From assembly GCA_045614145.1 (NCBI GenBank), contig JAZLCH010000006.1, positions 2,421 to 66,420 on the forward strand: a stretch of DNA of 64,000 bases, in the 5' to 3' direction. Origin of the DNA: Candidatus Enterousia sp. (GTDB lineage Bacteria; Pseudomonadota; Alphaproteobacteria; Rs-D84). The translations under genes were made by a program, and so were the position numbers. Shown here piece by piece: positions 10,405-20,120 of the stretch. Every line of letters begins with the position of its first letter. Within the stretch, counting starts at the first letter, position 1. Under the pieces are notes generated by a model. That model had not been told where the DNA came from. It saw only the letters and a program-made list of their open reading frames with translations, and made no database searches.

Positions 10405-11655
10405 TTATTTGCTGATGCAATGCGCCAATGATTGCGCGACCAGCGACTGTTCCGTCTGGGACATTTCTGATATTGGCACAACATAGCAACGCGCACTGTC
10501 GCGAATAACAATCACCTTGGTTCCCTGAGAATATGCACGTTGCATATCGTCCATCTGGGCACTGGTTAAAAATGCATTATCAACAAATACATTCGCAGGA
10601 TTCATGCCAGCATTGACAACCTGATATGCGGTTTGATAATCATATATTTCTGAACGTGATGTAACGTTCATCCAAATTGACTGATTTGCATATGGATTTT
10701 CAGCCGCCGTGCCAGATGTCGGGAATGTCGCCCCCAATGCAACCGCAGCAACAGTCTGCAGATTTGATGGCTGGTTCAAATCTGACGAGTGCGAGACAGT
10801 GTTTAATTTCAAATTGTCACCACATGCCAGATTCATGCGATTTGTATAGCCGGCCAACACAGCATCAACAGCAGCCTGCCAATCTGCGCCCTTGTTATTC
10901 AATTCCAAAGACACAATCTTTTCAGCCCAACCAAATATATCCGCCCCAACATTACCAGCAGTGGCGAAACGTGTTACCATTTCTGCGCTGCCCCCCGGAA
11001 TACCTGCGCCACAATAATCAGTCAAGGCGTTGTTTAATTTGCTGTTGGTTTCATTACCATATGCAAGCGCAACCGAGTGGCATGCCATGGCCGCTTCTAA
11101 TTCTTGGCGACGTTTTAGGCACAAATCAGAATTTGATTTTGACAACTGATTGGCCATGGACGACATAGACAGATACGACATAACTTCCTGTTGAACATAT
11201 GATGGACACAAATGCGCCGCAGTGTTCATCCCAGATTTACCGTTAACCGTTCCAACACCATATTGCGGCAGTAAAATTTCAGTATCCTTTTGCAGACACA
11301 GCAAGGCATAATTGTATAATTCGTTTTCAGATGCATATTGGCATTTTGATTCACGCTGGCCCGGGACAATCGTTACATCACCACAATAATCAGACAAACA
11401 TGCAAAAATCTTTTGACGGCACGCGGTATCAACGTCAGGCTGTGCAACCATAAAATATGTATTACGTTGGTTCGTTTTATATGCCTGGGCAATGCCTGCA
11501 TTGCCACGCAAATTTGTGCCCGACGTAGATGGTGCACCAACAATTAAACCACGCCCCTGATTTGGCGCAGCAGTTGTACCAGCAGAAACAGCAAACCCAG
11601 CACCAGCAAACAAAAATGTGCCAATAAATCCGAAGACACCAAAGAAATGTTTCAT
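10405..11655 (-). CDS. Secreted hypothetical protein (signal peptide, Cys-containing, 416 aa)
   Basis: A signal-peptide-like N-terminus FGFIGTFLFAGAGFAVSA is present. No domain was recognised. Confidence 0.45.
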   Translation of the reverse strand: MKHFFGVFGFIGTFLFAGAGFAVSAGTTAAPNQGRGLIVGAPSTSGTNLRGNAGIAQAYKTNQRNTYFMVAQPDVDTACRQKIFACLSDYCGDVTIVPGQRESKCQYASENELYNYALLCLQKDTEILLPQYGVGTVNGKSGMNTAAHLCPSYVQQEVMSYLSMSSMANQLSKSNSDLCLKRRQELEAAMACHSVALAYGNETNSKLNNALTDYCGAGIPGGSAEMVTRFATAGNVGADIFGWAEKIVSLELNNKGADWQAAVDAVLAGYTNRMNLACGDNLKLNTVSHSSDLNQPSNLQTVAAVALGATFPTSGTAAENPYANQSIWMNVTSRSEIYDYQTAYQVVNAGMNPANVFVDNAFLTSAQMDDMQRAYSQGTKVIVIRDSARCYVVPISEMSQTEQSLVAQSLAHCISK

Positions 11656-11742
11656 GACATATCCCCTCTCGATACGCAGATTTTATCACAAAGCAAAAAA
11701 AAAGGCAAACAATCATTTGCATAAAAAAAATATACTGGTATT

Positions 11743-12823
11743 ATGTCAAACATGATTATAGCAACAGACGTTTTATCACAAATCGCCGACGACATTTCTG
11801 CCGTCAGGGGGTTTCTTTGACCCTGAAAATTTAAAATCTCAGATTGAAGAACTGAATACGATTGTTAATGCACCAGATTTATGGAACAATCCGGAAGATG
11901 CACGTGCGGTTTTGCAAAAAAAATCAGGGCTGGAAAAAAAGTTAGGCGAACTAGCCGAACTGGAATCCGAATACCAAACATTATCAGAACTGTATGAAAT
12001 CGCCCCCGATGATGCAGATGTGTTGGATGCAATTGAAAAATTAGGTGACACTGCGCATCGCGCAAAGTTTATCACCCTGTTTCGCGAGCCGGCAGATAAC
12101 AATGGCGCATTTTTATTTATTCAGGCGGGCGCAGGCGGGACCGAGGCCCAGGATTGGGCCCAAATGCTGTCACGCATGTATGCACGATGGGCTGAACGCC
12201 ACGGCTTTACAACCGAAGTTATCGAAGAACACGAAGGCGATACAGCAGGAATTAAAAATATCACATATCGTATATCGGGCGAACGTGTGTATGGGTGGCT
12301 AAAAAATGAAATTGGGGTTCACAGATTGGTTCGAATTTCGCCTTTTAATGCAAACGGCAAACGTCAAACCAGTTTTGCTTCGGTTGATGTGTGGCCTGAT
12401 GTTGATGATACGATTGAAATCGAAATTAATGAAAAAGATTTGCGCATTGATACATATCGCGCATCAGGCGCAGGTGGCCAACATGTCAACAAAACAGACA
12501 GCGCAGTCCGCATTACACATATACCAACAAATACAGTTGTAACATGCCAAAATGAACGCAGCCAAATTCAAAACCGCGAAATGGCAATGAAAATGCTGCG
12601 CAGCAAGTTATATGAATTGGAATTGCAAAAACGGGCCGAGGCCGAGGATGCCGCCAAAGCAGCCCAGAAAAAAATTGAATGGGGCAGCCAAATCAGAAAC
12701 TATGTCCTGTACCCATATCAACTGGTCAAAGATGTTCGCACAGATGTTGAAAAAACAGATTCTGGGGCGGTTCTGGATGGCGACTTGGATGACTTTATGC
12801 TGGCGTCCTTGCAACAGGGATAA
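11743..12823 (+). CDS. prfB: Peptide chain release factor 2, with programmed +1 ribosomal frameshift at CTT TGA C
   Basis: Frame 0 runs 11743-11820 (MSNMIIATDVLSQIADDISAVRGFL) and ends at an in-frame TGA. An internal SD AGGGGG lies at 11806-11811, then TTT, then CTT TGA C. The +1 frame continues DPENLK and carries GGQHVNKTDSAVRITH with the GGQ motif. Confidence 0.85.
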
Positions 12824-12867
12824 GACCACTTGCATTTTATGTGTGAATAATTATAATTGTGACGTTT

Positions 12868-12944
12868 GCACCCGTGGCTTAATTGGATAGAGCATCGCCC
12901 TCCGAAGGCGGGGATTGCGCGTTCGAATCGCGCCGGGTGCGCCA
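12868..12944 (+). tRNA. tRNA-Arg (anticodon CCG)
   Basis: Manual fold: acceptor GCACCCG/CGGGTGC, D-arm GCTT..GAGC with GG, anticodon loop CTCCGAA, T-arm GCGCG-TTCGAAT-CGCGC, 3' CCA encoded. Confidence 0.8.
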
Positions 12945-12961
12945 GTTTTTAGATATAAAAA

Positions 12962-12989
12962 GACCGCCAAATGGCGGTTTCTTATTTTT
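12962..12989. terminator. Bidirectional intrinsic terminator after tRNA-Arg and the convergent lipoprotein gene
   Basis: Hairpin gaccgcc-aaat-ggcggtt is flanked by an A-tract and a T-tract. Confidence 0.55.
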
Positions 12990-13428
12990 CTAACTTATTC
13001 ATTATTCGATTAAGCAGGCGAACAGAACTGTTTGCACAACCGCGACCGCGCCATGTCATGATTTCTGTGCCAGATTTTTGGTCCGCAATCGACATGTTGA
13101 AATTCCACCACCAAAACCCATTCAATGCACACCAAATGGGACGAAATGTTTCAGTGCGTTCGGACACCTTGATGATATATTTGGCATCAGCAGGTATTTT
13201 TGTTTTATCACGATCAATGGTTTCCGACAGCTCGTTTAATTCAACAGCCCCAACCAATACTGTATAACCACGTTCTTCAAAAACTTCTTTGACAGTACGA
13301 CGCATAGAATAACCACCACGATCTGCATAAACTGCCGCGCCTGTATCCATCGTGTTTGGTTTTATATGAATGCTGTTGCATGCGGATAGCGCGAACAAAG
13401 TACAAACAATAAATAAAAATCGATACAT
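12982..13428 (-). CDS. Putative lipoprotein, function unknown
   Basis: The N-terminus has a lipobox, LFALSAC. The product is 148 aa. Confidence 0.45.
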   Translation of the reverse strand: MYRFLFIVCTLFALSACNSIHIKPNTMDTGAAVYADRGGYSMRRTVKEVFEERGYTVLVGAVELNELSETIDRDKTKIPADAKYIIKVSERTETFRPIWCALNGFWWWNFNMSIADQKSGTEIMTWRGRGCANSSVRLLNRIMNKLEK

Positions 13429-13663
13429 AACCGCCCCTGTTTTTTGACAGATATCAGTCTAGACCACCCAAAATTATAATACAAGGGAAAATATTCCCTT
13501 TACTTTAAATGAATTGTGTCCTAGACTGGGACGTGACTGGTATGTTTGCGCATGCCGGTTTAAACAGACGGTGGGTGTTGGCACCTTTATCGGTCGCCGG
13601 TACAAGTTAAAAAACTGCACCAGTTGTTCACCCACCATTCAAACACATACAGGATTACAGATT

Positions 13664-14665
13664 ATGAAGCGTATATTTTTTAGATTAATTGCCCTGTTTT
13701 TTCCTACGCGTAAAATGCGCGCACGCGTCAGACATCTTGGCGATGATCAACACGCACTGCTAATACAATCTGGTATCGACATGGTAAAAGAAACCATGGA
13801 TTTTTCTAAACTGCCACCTGCGCATGGTTATTTGCGACTGACCCAACAGATGAATATAAAATTGTTGGCGGCGTTCACGAAATTTTGCGACCTGAACGGC
13901 ATTGAAAATTTTTTGATTGGCGGGGCAATTATTGGCAAGCTGCGTCATAATGGGCTGATTCCGTGGGATGATGATATTGATATTGCAATTCCTGATCCGC
14001 ATTGGCACAAACTGGTGGATATATTGCGCAATACAGAACTGGGGGATGATTACTGCATATATTTTGGGACACGTTGGAATATGTTAAAGATATGTCACAT
14101 GCCAACCGGATTGTTTGTTGATATTTTTAGATTTTCATTGCTAGATTCTGATATAACCTTTGATAATCATCAGGAATATACTAACCGCAAACACGCGTAT
14201 TCTGTTGCACATACCCAGATGGGATTGAACCTGTATCGTAAACACGCTGTTGATATATTCCCTGGGGATACATTTGAACAAAAAAACGCAAAGATTGACA
14301 AGATATTGGAACATGTACGCAAGGAAGAAGACCTGTTTAATAAACATGTACTTGCCGGGCAACAACCGCAGACAGGATGTGGGTTGGCACACTTTTCTGC
14401 AGACAGCAAACCAAATGAAGTGTTCCCGTACGCAGTAATTTACCCACTGAAAAAAATTGAATTCGAAGGTTATGAATTTTCATTCCCAAATAATCTGGAC
14501 GATTATGCATATATTGTATGGGGTGATATATGGTGCTTCCCAGAACAGCTGGTCATGCACCAAAGCGGAAAACCAGATATAAAAAAGTATTTGATAATGC
14601 GGCACTTCCTTGAAACACCAGATGAAACGATATTTTCAAGCATGTTCAAAACAAAGGGCAAGTAA
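13664..14665 (+). CDS. LicD-family protein (phosphocholine/phospho-alcohol transferase-like, nucleotidyltransferase fold)
   Basis: The LicD hallmark LIPWDDDIDIAIPD is present. The ORF-track start at 13514 is probably an upstream extension; MKRIFF at 13664 is likelier. Confidence 0.55.
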   Translation: MKRIFFRLIALFFPTRKMRARVRHLGDDQHALLIQSGIDMVKETMDFSKLPPAHGYLRLTQQMNIKLLAAFTKFCDLNGIENFLIGGAIIGKLRHNGLIPWDDDIDIAIPDPHWHKLVDILRNTELGDDYCIYFGTRWNMLKICHMPTGLFVDIFRFSLLDSDITFDNHQEYTNRKHAYSVAHTQMGLNLYRKHAVDIFPGDTFEQKNAKIDKILEHVRKEEDLFNKHVLAGQQPQTGCGLAHFSADSKPNEVFPYAVIYPLKKIEFEGYEFSFPNNLDDYAYIVWGDIWCFPEQLVMHQSGKPDIKKYLIMRHFLETPDETIFSSMFKTKGK

Positions 14666-14666
14666 G

Positions 14667-15092
14667 ATGACGGTCGGCGTTGTTGTTGGAACGTTTGATA
14701 TGTTCCATATCGGACATTTGAAGCTGTTGTTGAATGCAATTCAAAATTGTGATTTTTTGATTGCAGGTGTTAACACAGACGCGGTTGTTTTACGTGATAA
14801 AAATAAAAAAACAGTAATTCCTGAACAAGATAGATTAGAAATCATACGCAGTATTTTTTGCGTGTCTGAGGCACACCTGGTTACAGACAATGCAGTTCAA
14901 TTTATTTCTGATTTGTTGTCCCAAGGCAAAAAGATAGACTTCTATTTTCGTGGCAACGAACCCGAGAAACCACATATCTTGGTCGAGAATAAAAAAATCA
15001 CTGACATGGGGGTGACTGTTGTTCAGTTTCCATATACTAAATCTATTTCATCGTCAAAAATTCGCGAAAGGTTGAATAATGAAAAACGCTAA
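14667..15092 (+). CDS. Cytidylyltransferase (TagD/LicC-like HIGH-motif nucleotidyltransferase)
   Basis: The GTFDMFHIGHLKLL HxGH motif is present. The ATG at 14667 follows an RBS-like aaaggg. The stop overlaps the start of the downstream GT2. Confidence 0.6.
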   Translation: MTVGVVVGTFDMFHIGHLKLLLNAIQNCDFLIAGVNTDAVVLRDKNKKTVIPEQDRLEIIRSIFCVSEAHLVTDNAVQFISDLLSQGKKIDFYFRGNEPEKPHILVENKKITDMGVTVVQFPYTKSISSSKIRERLNNEKR

Positions 15093-15975
15093 GATTTCGA
15101 TTATTACAATTTGTTACAACGCAGACAATTTAGAACGCACATGCGAAAGTATTGTAACACAGGATCGTGATGATTTTGAATGGGTCGTTATCGATGGTGG
15201 CAGTTCAGATGAACATCAGAAAATTTTTGATAAATATAAATCGCGAATGGATTATTTTGTGTCAGAACCTGACAAGGGTATTTATGACGCAATGAACAAA
15301 GGTATTTTAGCTGCAACTGGCGAATACGTGATATTTATGAATGCCGGTGATTCATTCTATGATACAAATATTCTTAGCCACGTTATGCGCTTTATGGAGA
15401 CAGATGATTCAGATATTATTTTTGGCGCAGCAAAATGTGATAATGATACAAAAATTGAAAAGCGTGTTATTAGGGTTTTTGACAAAGAAATAAATGATAT
15501 TTTCTGGTTTGATCGCTGCCCACCGCATCAAGCCATGTTTTATAAACGATCTTTGTTTAGTAATGTTGGTATGTACAGGATGGATTATCGTATTATGAGC
15601 GATAAAGTTCAGAATATGCGATTTTATTACGCGGGCGCAAAATATAAATTTATAGACCGTATTATAGCAAATTTTGACACATCTGGTGTGTCAAATAACC
15701 CCAAACAAAAATGTCGTCAATATGTTGAAAGGGCACTGTGGCGGCATGAATTTTATCCCGATTTAATGACGCGTTTTAATGTGTATAATATGACAATATC
15801 TAACGTATGGTATCGACTATTGCGGATTATTTTTTGTTTTTGGCGCAGCAAAAGGAAACATTATGCATTCAGAAGTAAACATCTGACCAGAATCATCAAA
15901 GAAACAAAAAATATATCCAGAAAAGAGATGCATGAAACATTGCGCGAATATTCGCATATATTAAAACCACGGTAA
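15079..15975 (+). CDS. Glycosyltransferase family 2
   Basis: GT2 N-terminus ISIITICYNADN..VIDGGSSD with a DxD-type motif is present. Confidence 0.6.
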   Translation: MKNAKISIITICYNADNLERTCESIVTQDRDDFEWVVIDGGSSDEHQKIFDKYKSRMDYFVSEPDKGIYDAMNKGILAATGEYVIFMNAGDSFYDTNILSHVMRFMETDDSDIIFGAAKCDNDTKIEKRVIRVFDKEINDIFWFDRCPPHQAMFYKRSLFSNVGMYRMDYRIMSDKVQNMRFYYAGAKYKFIDRIIANFDTSGVSNNPKQKCRQYVERALWRHEFYPDLMTRFNVYNMTISNVWYRLLRIIFCFWRSKRKHYAFRSKHLTRIIKETKNISRKEMHETLREYSHILKPR

Positions 15976-15992
15976 AACCGTGGTTTTTTATT
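15967..15992. terminator. Intrinsic terminator after the GT2 gene
   Basis: Hairpin ccacggt-aaa-accgtgg is followed by a T-tract. Confidence 0.55.
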
Positions 15993-16614
15993 CAGACGGG
16001 CCGCACACTTCCCACAATACGCTAAAATCGCTGTTACATATAACACATAAAGTTGTTTGATTTGATGCGCCACCTACTTTTTGTACAATTCTGCCTGTAG
16101 ATGATTCTACAATTGCGGTCAGATTAGTCGTGTATTCTGTAAACTGCATCTTTATAGGGAACGATAAATAATTTTTCCCATTGTTACATCCAACAACTCC
16201 CCCTTGTTCAACCCAGCCTGATTTATATTTTCTATACCAAGTATAGTTATTAGCCGCGGTTGGCATTTGCCATGCAATCACATAATCTGTGCCAGACATA
16301 TCTGTAACACTGTCAGCACGTGCCATGGTGGTGCCGCCCAGGGTTGAACCATCGTGAACACGTATTGTGTTACAATCTGTATCCATTGTAATTTCTCCGC
16401 ATACGCCGGTATAGTTATCGTTTTCGGTACTGTTGCCACGTTTAATCTTTAATTTGCGATTGTTATGCGTATTGTTCAGATATTTTTCAATATTAAATCC
16501 CGTCAGGCGACGACACATTTCACATGTTATGTCGCGGCGTTCTTGCGGGCTGATTGATTCTTCTATAAAACGCGTAAGAGTGTTCAATAAAACCGTTTTA
16601 TCATGTGCAGTCAT
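15988..16614 (-). CDS. Hypothetical protein (208 aa, Cys-containing)
   Basis: The ORF lies downstream of the guanylate-kinase-like gene on the same strand. No motif was recognised. Confidence 0.35.
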   Translation of the reverse strand: MTAHDKTVLLNTLTRFIEESISPQERRDITCEMCRRLTGFNIEKYLNNTHNNRKLKIKRGNSTENDNYTGVCGEITMDTDCNTIRVHDGSTLGGTTMARADSVTDMSGTDYVIAWQMPTAANNYTWYRKYKSGWVEQGGVVGCNNGKNYLSFPIKMQFTEYTTNLTAIVESSTGRIVQKVGGASNQTTLCVICNSDFSVLWEVCGPSE

Positions 16615-16734
16615 AAAATTTTATCCTTTTTTTATTTTGTCTACACCTGTTGTTTAAATAAAAAAAATCAGACCGCCTGCGCTGTGTCTGATTTGTACGT
16701 ATTATACCAAAAAATAGCATAAAAATCAAGCATT

Positions 16735-17328
16735 TTATCGATGACGTTGCAATTCATCAATATGTGCCGCCAAATATGGGTCATACACACCATCAATTGG
16801 GCGTAATATGTAATCTATATTCAGTCCCGCACCAGTAAAATCAGCAGGATTACATGTATTACAGGTACGCACAGCGGTATCATTTGGCATGTTTGCACGC
16901 GATTTTACCGTATCCATATGATTAATTGGTGGCAAGAAATACGCCACACGAAAATCATACTGGGCATCCAACCCATTTTTTTTGAACCAATCAATTAATT
17001 GGCGGGAATATTGAGGCTCGATTACATCATAAATCAAATTTTGCCCCAGATGTTCGTAAATTTCAGTTTCTGGCACGCCATACAGCCATTTTTTATCACC
17101 CGGTTTCCATACCGCGCGGTTTACCCACAGGCGCGTTGCCAGGGGCGCAGAATCAAAATACGCTTCGTCACGGAAGAAATACGGCTTGCCTTCGCTTTCG
17201 CCGTCACGCATGGGGCGCGTAGTTGCGGAACGCAGATTATAAAACAATCCAGATGGCAGTGTTTTATGAATAAAATATGTTTTGCCACTGCCCGAGAGAC
17301 CATTACAAAATAACAATGTTTTTTTCAT
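16735..17328 (-). CDS. Guanylate-kinase-like P-loop protein
   Basis: A Walker A motif GLSGSGKT is present, and the guanylate kinase signature SATTRPMRDGE..YFF. The C-terminal third does not look like Gmk. Confidence 0.45.
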   Translation of the reverse strand: MKKTLLFCNGLSGSGKTYFIHKTLPSGLFYNLRSATTRPMRDGESEGKPYFFRDEAYFDSAPLATRLWVNRAVWKPGDKKWLYGVPETEIYEHLGQNLIYDVIEPQYSRQLIDWFKKNGLDAQYDFRVAYFLPPINHMDTVKSRANMPNDTAVRTCNTCNPADFTGAGLNIDYILRPIDGVYDPYLAAHIDELQRHR

Positions 17329-17378
17329 TTTACCACCTTTAAAAATTATACCCCGCGCATGTGGCGGGGCAGATACAA

Positions 17379-19460
17379 TCAGTCTTCCAAGAAACTGCGC
17401 AATTTACGTGCACGCGTTGGATGTTTCAGCTTGTTCAATGCCTTTTGTTCAATCTGACGGATACGTTCACGGGTAACGCCGATGTATTCACCAACCTCTT
17501 CCAATGTGCTGGTCTTGTTTGTTGACATACCAAAACGCTGGCGCAGGACGGTTTCTTCCTTGGGGTCTAATTCCGACAAGATTTGAGTAACGATTTTACG
17601 CAGATTCTTTTGTGCAGCAGACGTAAATGGATTCTTTGCCGTCTCGTCCGCGATAATTTCAATACGCGAACTATCATCTTCGGTGCCAACTGGTGCTTCT
17701 AATGAAATTGGTTTCAGATTAACTTTCATCGCCTTGTGAATCTTGTCAACCGGCAGATAGATAATCTTTGACAATTCTTCGGCGGTCGGCTGGCGTCCAT
17801 ATTTATGCATGAATTGACGTGATGCGCGCTGAATCTTGTGTATATTATCAATCATGTGCACAGGAATACGTATTGTACGTGCTTGATCGGCAATACTGCG
17901 TGAAATACCCTGTTGAATCCAGTTTGTCGCATAGGTCGAGAATTTGTTCCCTAAGCGATAATCAAATTTATCAACGGCTTTCATCAAACCAATATTTCCG
18001 TCCTGAACCAAGTCCGAAAAATCAAGTCCCAGACCACGATTGCTGGATTTTTTTGCAAATTTGATAACCAATCGCAAGTTTGCCTCAATCATTTCGCGTT
18101 TGGCACGGGCTGCTTCGGCCTGGCCACGACGAACCAGTTCAACAACCTTTTTATATTCAGCTGTTGGTTGACCGGTTTCAGTAGCAATCGCGGTAATGTC
18201 TTCCTGAATTTTCAGAATATCTGCTTCGTGTTTTTTTGCAAATGCACCCCAGGCGGCATTTTTATGCTTGACTAATTTCTTGACCCAGTTGCGGTTCAAT
18301 TCATTGCCAGTGTATTCAGACAAGAAATCTTCGCGCTTAATCTTGTTCGCCATCGCCAAACGTAACAGTTTGCCTTCCAGCCCCATTAACAACTGATCAC
18401 GCTTGGTCAACTGTTCCAAAATTTCTGCAACACGGTCATCGTTCAGACGAATTTTACTGACATGTTCAAATAATTCCAGACGCTGTTTGGTGTACTTCTT
18501 TTCCAATGCCTCATCCGGCGTATCAGATGTTAACAGATTTTCCAAACGCTTGGCCTGAAGTTTCTGCATGCTATTAAAAATACGTTTTATTTTTGCAAAT
18601 AAATCCATGACCATTGGCATCAAAGATTCTTCCATAACTGGAATCGGAACACCAGATGTGCCACGGGGCGTATCTTCCTTTTTGATTCCGTCTTCATCGT
18701 CATCTAAATCTTCGTCTTCGCTATCATCTGCAACAGATGCATCGGCCAGATCATCTAAATCATCGTCATCCAGGTCGTCAACGTGTTCAACCCCCTTGGA
18801 TTTTAAAGTTTCAGACAATGCCGCCAGTGATTTTTGTTCGGCATCACTGGAATACATAACTTCCAGATTGACGATATAGCGCAGGCGAATGTCTTCGTTT
18901 AACAACTGCTGATACCAATCTAGCATGGCCTGGATTGTCATTGGACTTTCGCACAGACCATAGACCATTAAACGGGATGCTGCCTCGATACGTTGGGCAA
19001 TTGCAACCTCGCCTGCGGCGGTCAACAGCTGGACAGTGCCAATTTGCTTTAAATACGATTGAACAGAATCTTGGACACCCAGAACCAACGAACCAGTCTG
19101 ACTGCGTTCTAGCTGTTTTGCATAGTGTTCATAATCATCGTCATTGACATCAACCTGTTCCGCGTCTGCATTTAACAAATTGCGCGTTTTATCACGTGGT
19201 TCTTCATCTTCGGTGTCATAGTAACGACTTAAATCCTGGGGATAATTATCTATATCTAATACTTCCAGTCCCAAATCCTGCTGAAAAAAATCTAACACTT
19301 CTTCGTGTTCGTCAGATGGAACTTCATCCGCTTCGGTTGCAGCATCAAAATCCATGCGTGACATGTACCCAATTTCCATCGCATTGGATGCTAATTTTTG
19401 TAAGTTTTCTGGCAAAGACTCTATCAAAAGTCTTGTTGCTTCGTCCAGTTTTTTCGCCAT
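17379..19460 (-). CDS. rpoD: RNA polymerase sigma factor RpoD (sigma70)
   Basis: The product is 693 aa with an acidic non-conserved region, region 2 (DLVQDGNIGLMKAVDKFDYRLGNKFSTYATNWIQQGISRSIADQARTIRIPVHM) and region 4 (HTH). Confidence 0.95.
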   Translation of the reverse strand: MAKKLDEATRLLIESLPENLQKLASNAMEIGYMSRMDFDAATEADEVPSDEHEEVLDFFQQDLGLEVLDIDNYPQDLSRYYDTEDEEPRDKTRNLLNADAEQVDVNDDDYEHYAKQLERSQTGSLVLGVQDSVQSYLKQIGTVQLLTAAGEVAIAQRIEAASRLMVYGLCESPMTIQAMLDWYQQLLNEDIRLRYIVNLEVMYSSDAEQKSLAALSETLKSKGVEHVDDLDDDDLDDLADASVADDSEDEDLDDDEDGIKKEDTPRGTSGVPIPVMEESLMPMVMDLFAKIKRIFNSMQKLQAKRLENLLTSDTPDEALEKKYTKQRLELFEHVSKIRLNDDRVAEILEQLTKRDQLLMGLEGKLLRLAMANKIKREDFLSEYTGNELNRNWVKKLVKHKNAAWGAFAKKHEADILKIQEDITAIATETGQPTAEYKKVVELVRRGQAEAARAKREMIEANLRLVIKFAKKSSNRGLGLDFSDLVQDGNIGLMKAVDKFDYRLGNKFSTYATNWIQQGISRSIADQARTIRIPVHMIDNIHKIQRASRQFMHKYGRQPTAEELSKIIYLPVDKIHKAMKVNLKPISLEAPVGTEDDSSRIEIIADETAKNPFTSAAQKNLRKIVTQILSELDPKEETVLRQRFGMSTNKTSTLEEVGEYIGVTRERIRQIEQKALNKLKHPTRARKLRSFLED

Positions 19461-19501
19461 TTATCAACCCTGCTTTGTGTTTAACAGTTAATAAAAAGTT
19501 A

Positions 19502-20083
19502 TTATTTTTTCTTCTTTTTCTTTGGTGCAGCTGCCATTTTCTGGGCCTTGGCCACCGCATCATGGATTGCAGATTCAGACACCAACCCCAGTACAATCGG
19601 GCTTTGAATCTGGATAACCGAATAAGACGCATGTGTCTTGTTACGAACAGAAGCAACAGTTGGATTTGTACTGCGCATCAGACGTGCAATCTGGCCGTCA
19701 GACAATTCTGGATAATTTCTTACAATCCACAAAATACCACCCAGACGATTTTGACGATGTAATTTTGGCGTATAGCCGACGCCACGCTTGTTCTGTTTCT
19801 GTTGCGCATCAACAATTTCTTTGCGCAATGTCAGGCGTGCTGTCGTGTCCGCTTCGCAGCGTTCGATATCTTCGCGCGTAACCTGACCACTTAAAATAGG
19901 GTTTAATGGTTGAATTTTATATGTTTCTGCATCAGCAATGCTTTTCACTTCCAGTTCGTGCAAACCGCAGAATTCCGAGATTTGTTCAAATGTTAATGCT
20001 GTATTTTCAATTAACCACAAAGCGGTCGATTTTGGCATATATGGATAGTTCATGGAAAATTCCTCTATTGTTAATGGGGGCAA
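19502..20083 (-). CDS. Conserved alphaproteobacterial hypothetical protein (DUF1013-like), lysine-rich C-terminus
   Basis: The N-terminus MPKSTALWLIENTALTFEQISEFCGLHELEV resembles the DUF1013 family. This assignment rests on recall only. Confidence 0.4.
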   Translation of the reverse strand: MPPLTIEEFSMNYPYMPKSTALWLIENTALTFEQISEFCGLHELEVKSIADAETYKIQPLNPILSGQVTREDIERCEADTTARLTLRKEIVDAQQKQNKRGVGYTPKLHRQNRLGGILWIVRNYPELSDGQIARLMRSTNPTVASVRNKTHASYSVIQIQSPIVLGLVSESAIHDAVAKAQKMAAAPKKKKKK

Positions 20084-20120
20084 TATACACTAATATTGCC
20101 CCAATTTCAACAGTTTTTTG

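Noticed and set aside
13514-13663. Upstream 50-codon extension of the LicD-family ORF (MCPRLGRDWYV...).
   Set aside because: The extension is Cys/Arg-rich and overlaps a putative promoter and intergenic region. The internal start MKRIFF at 13664 gives a normal LicD-length protein.
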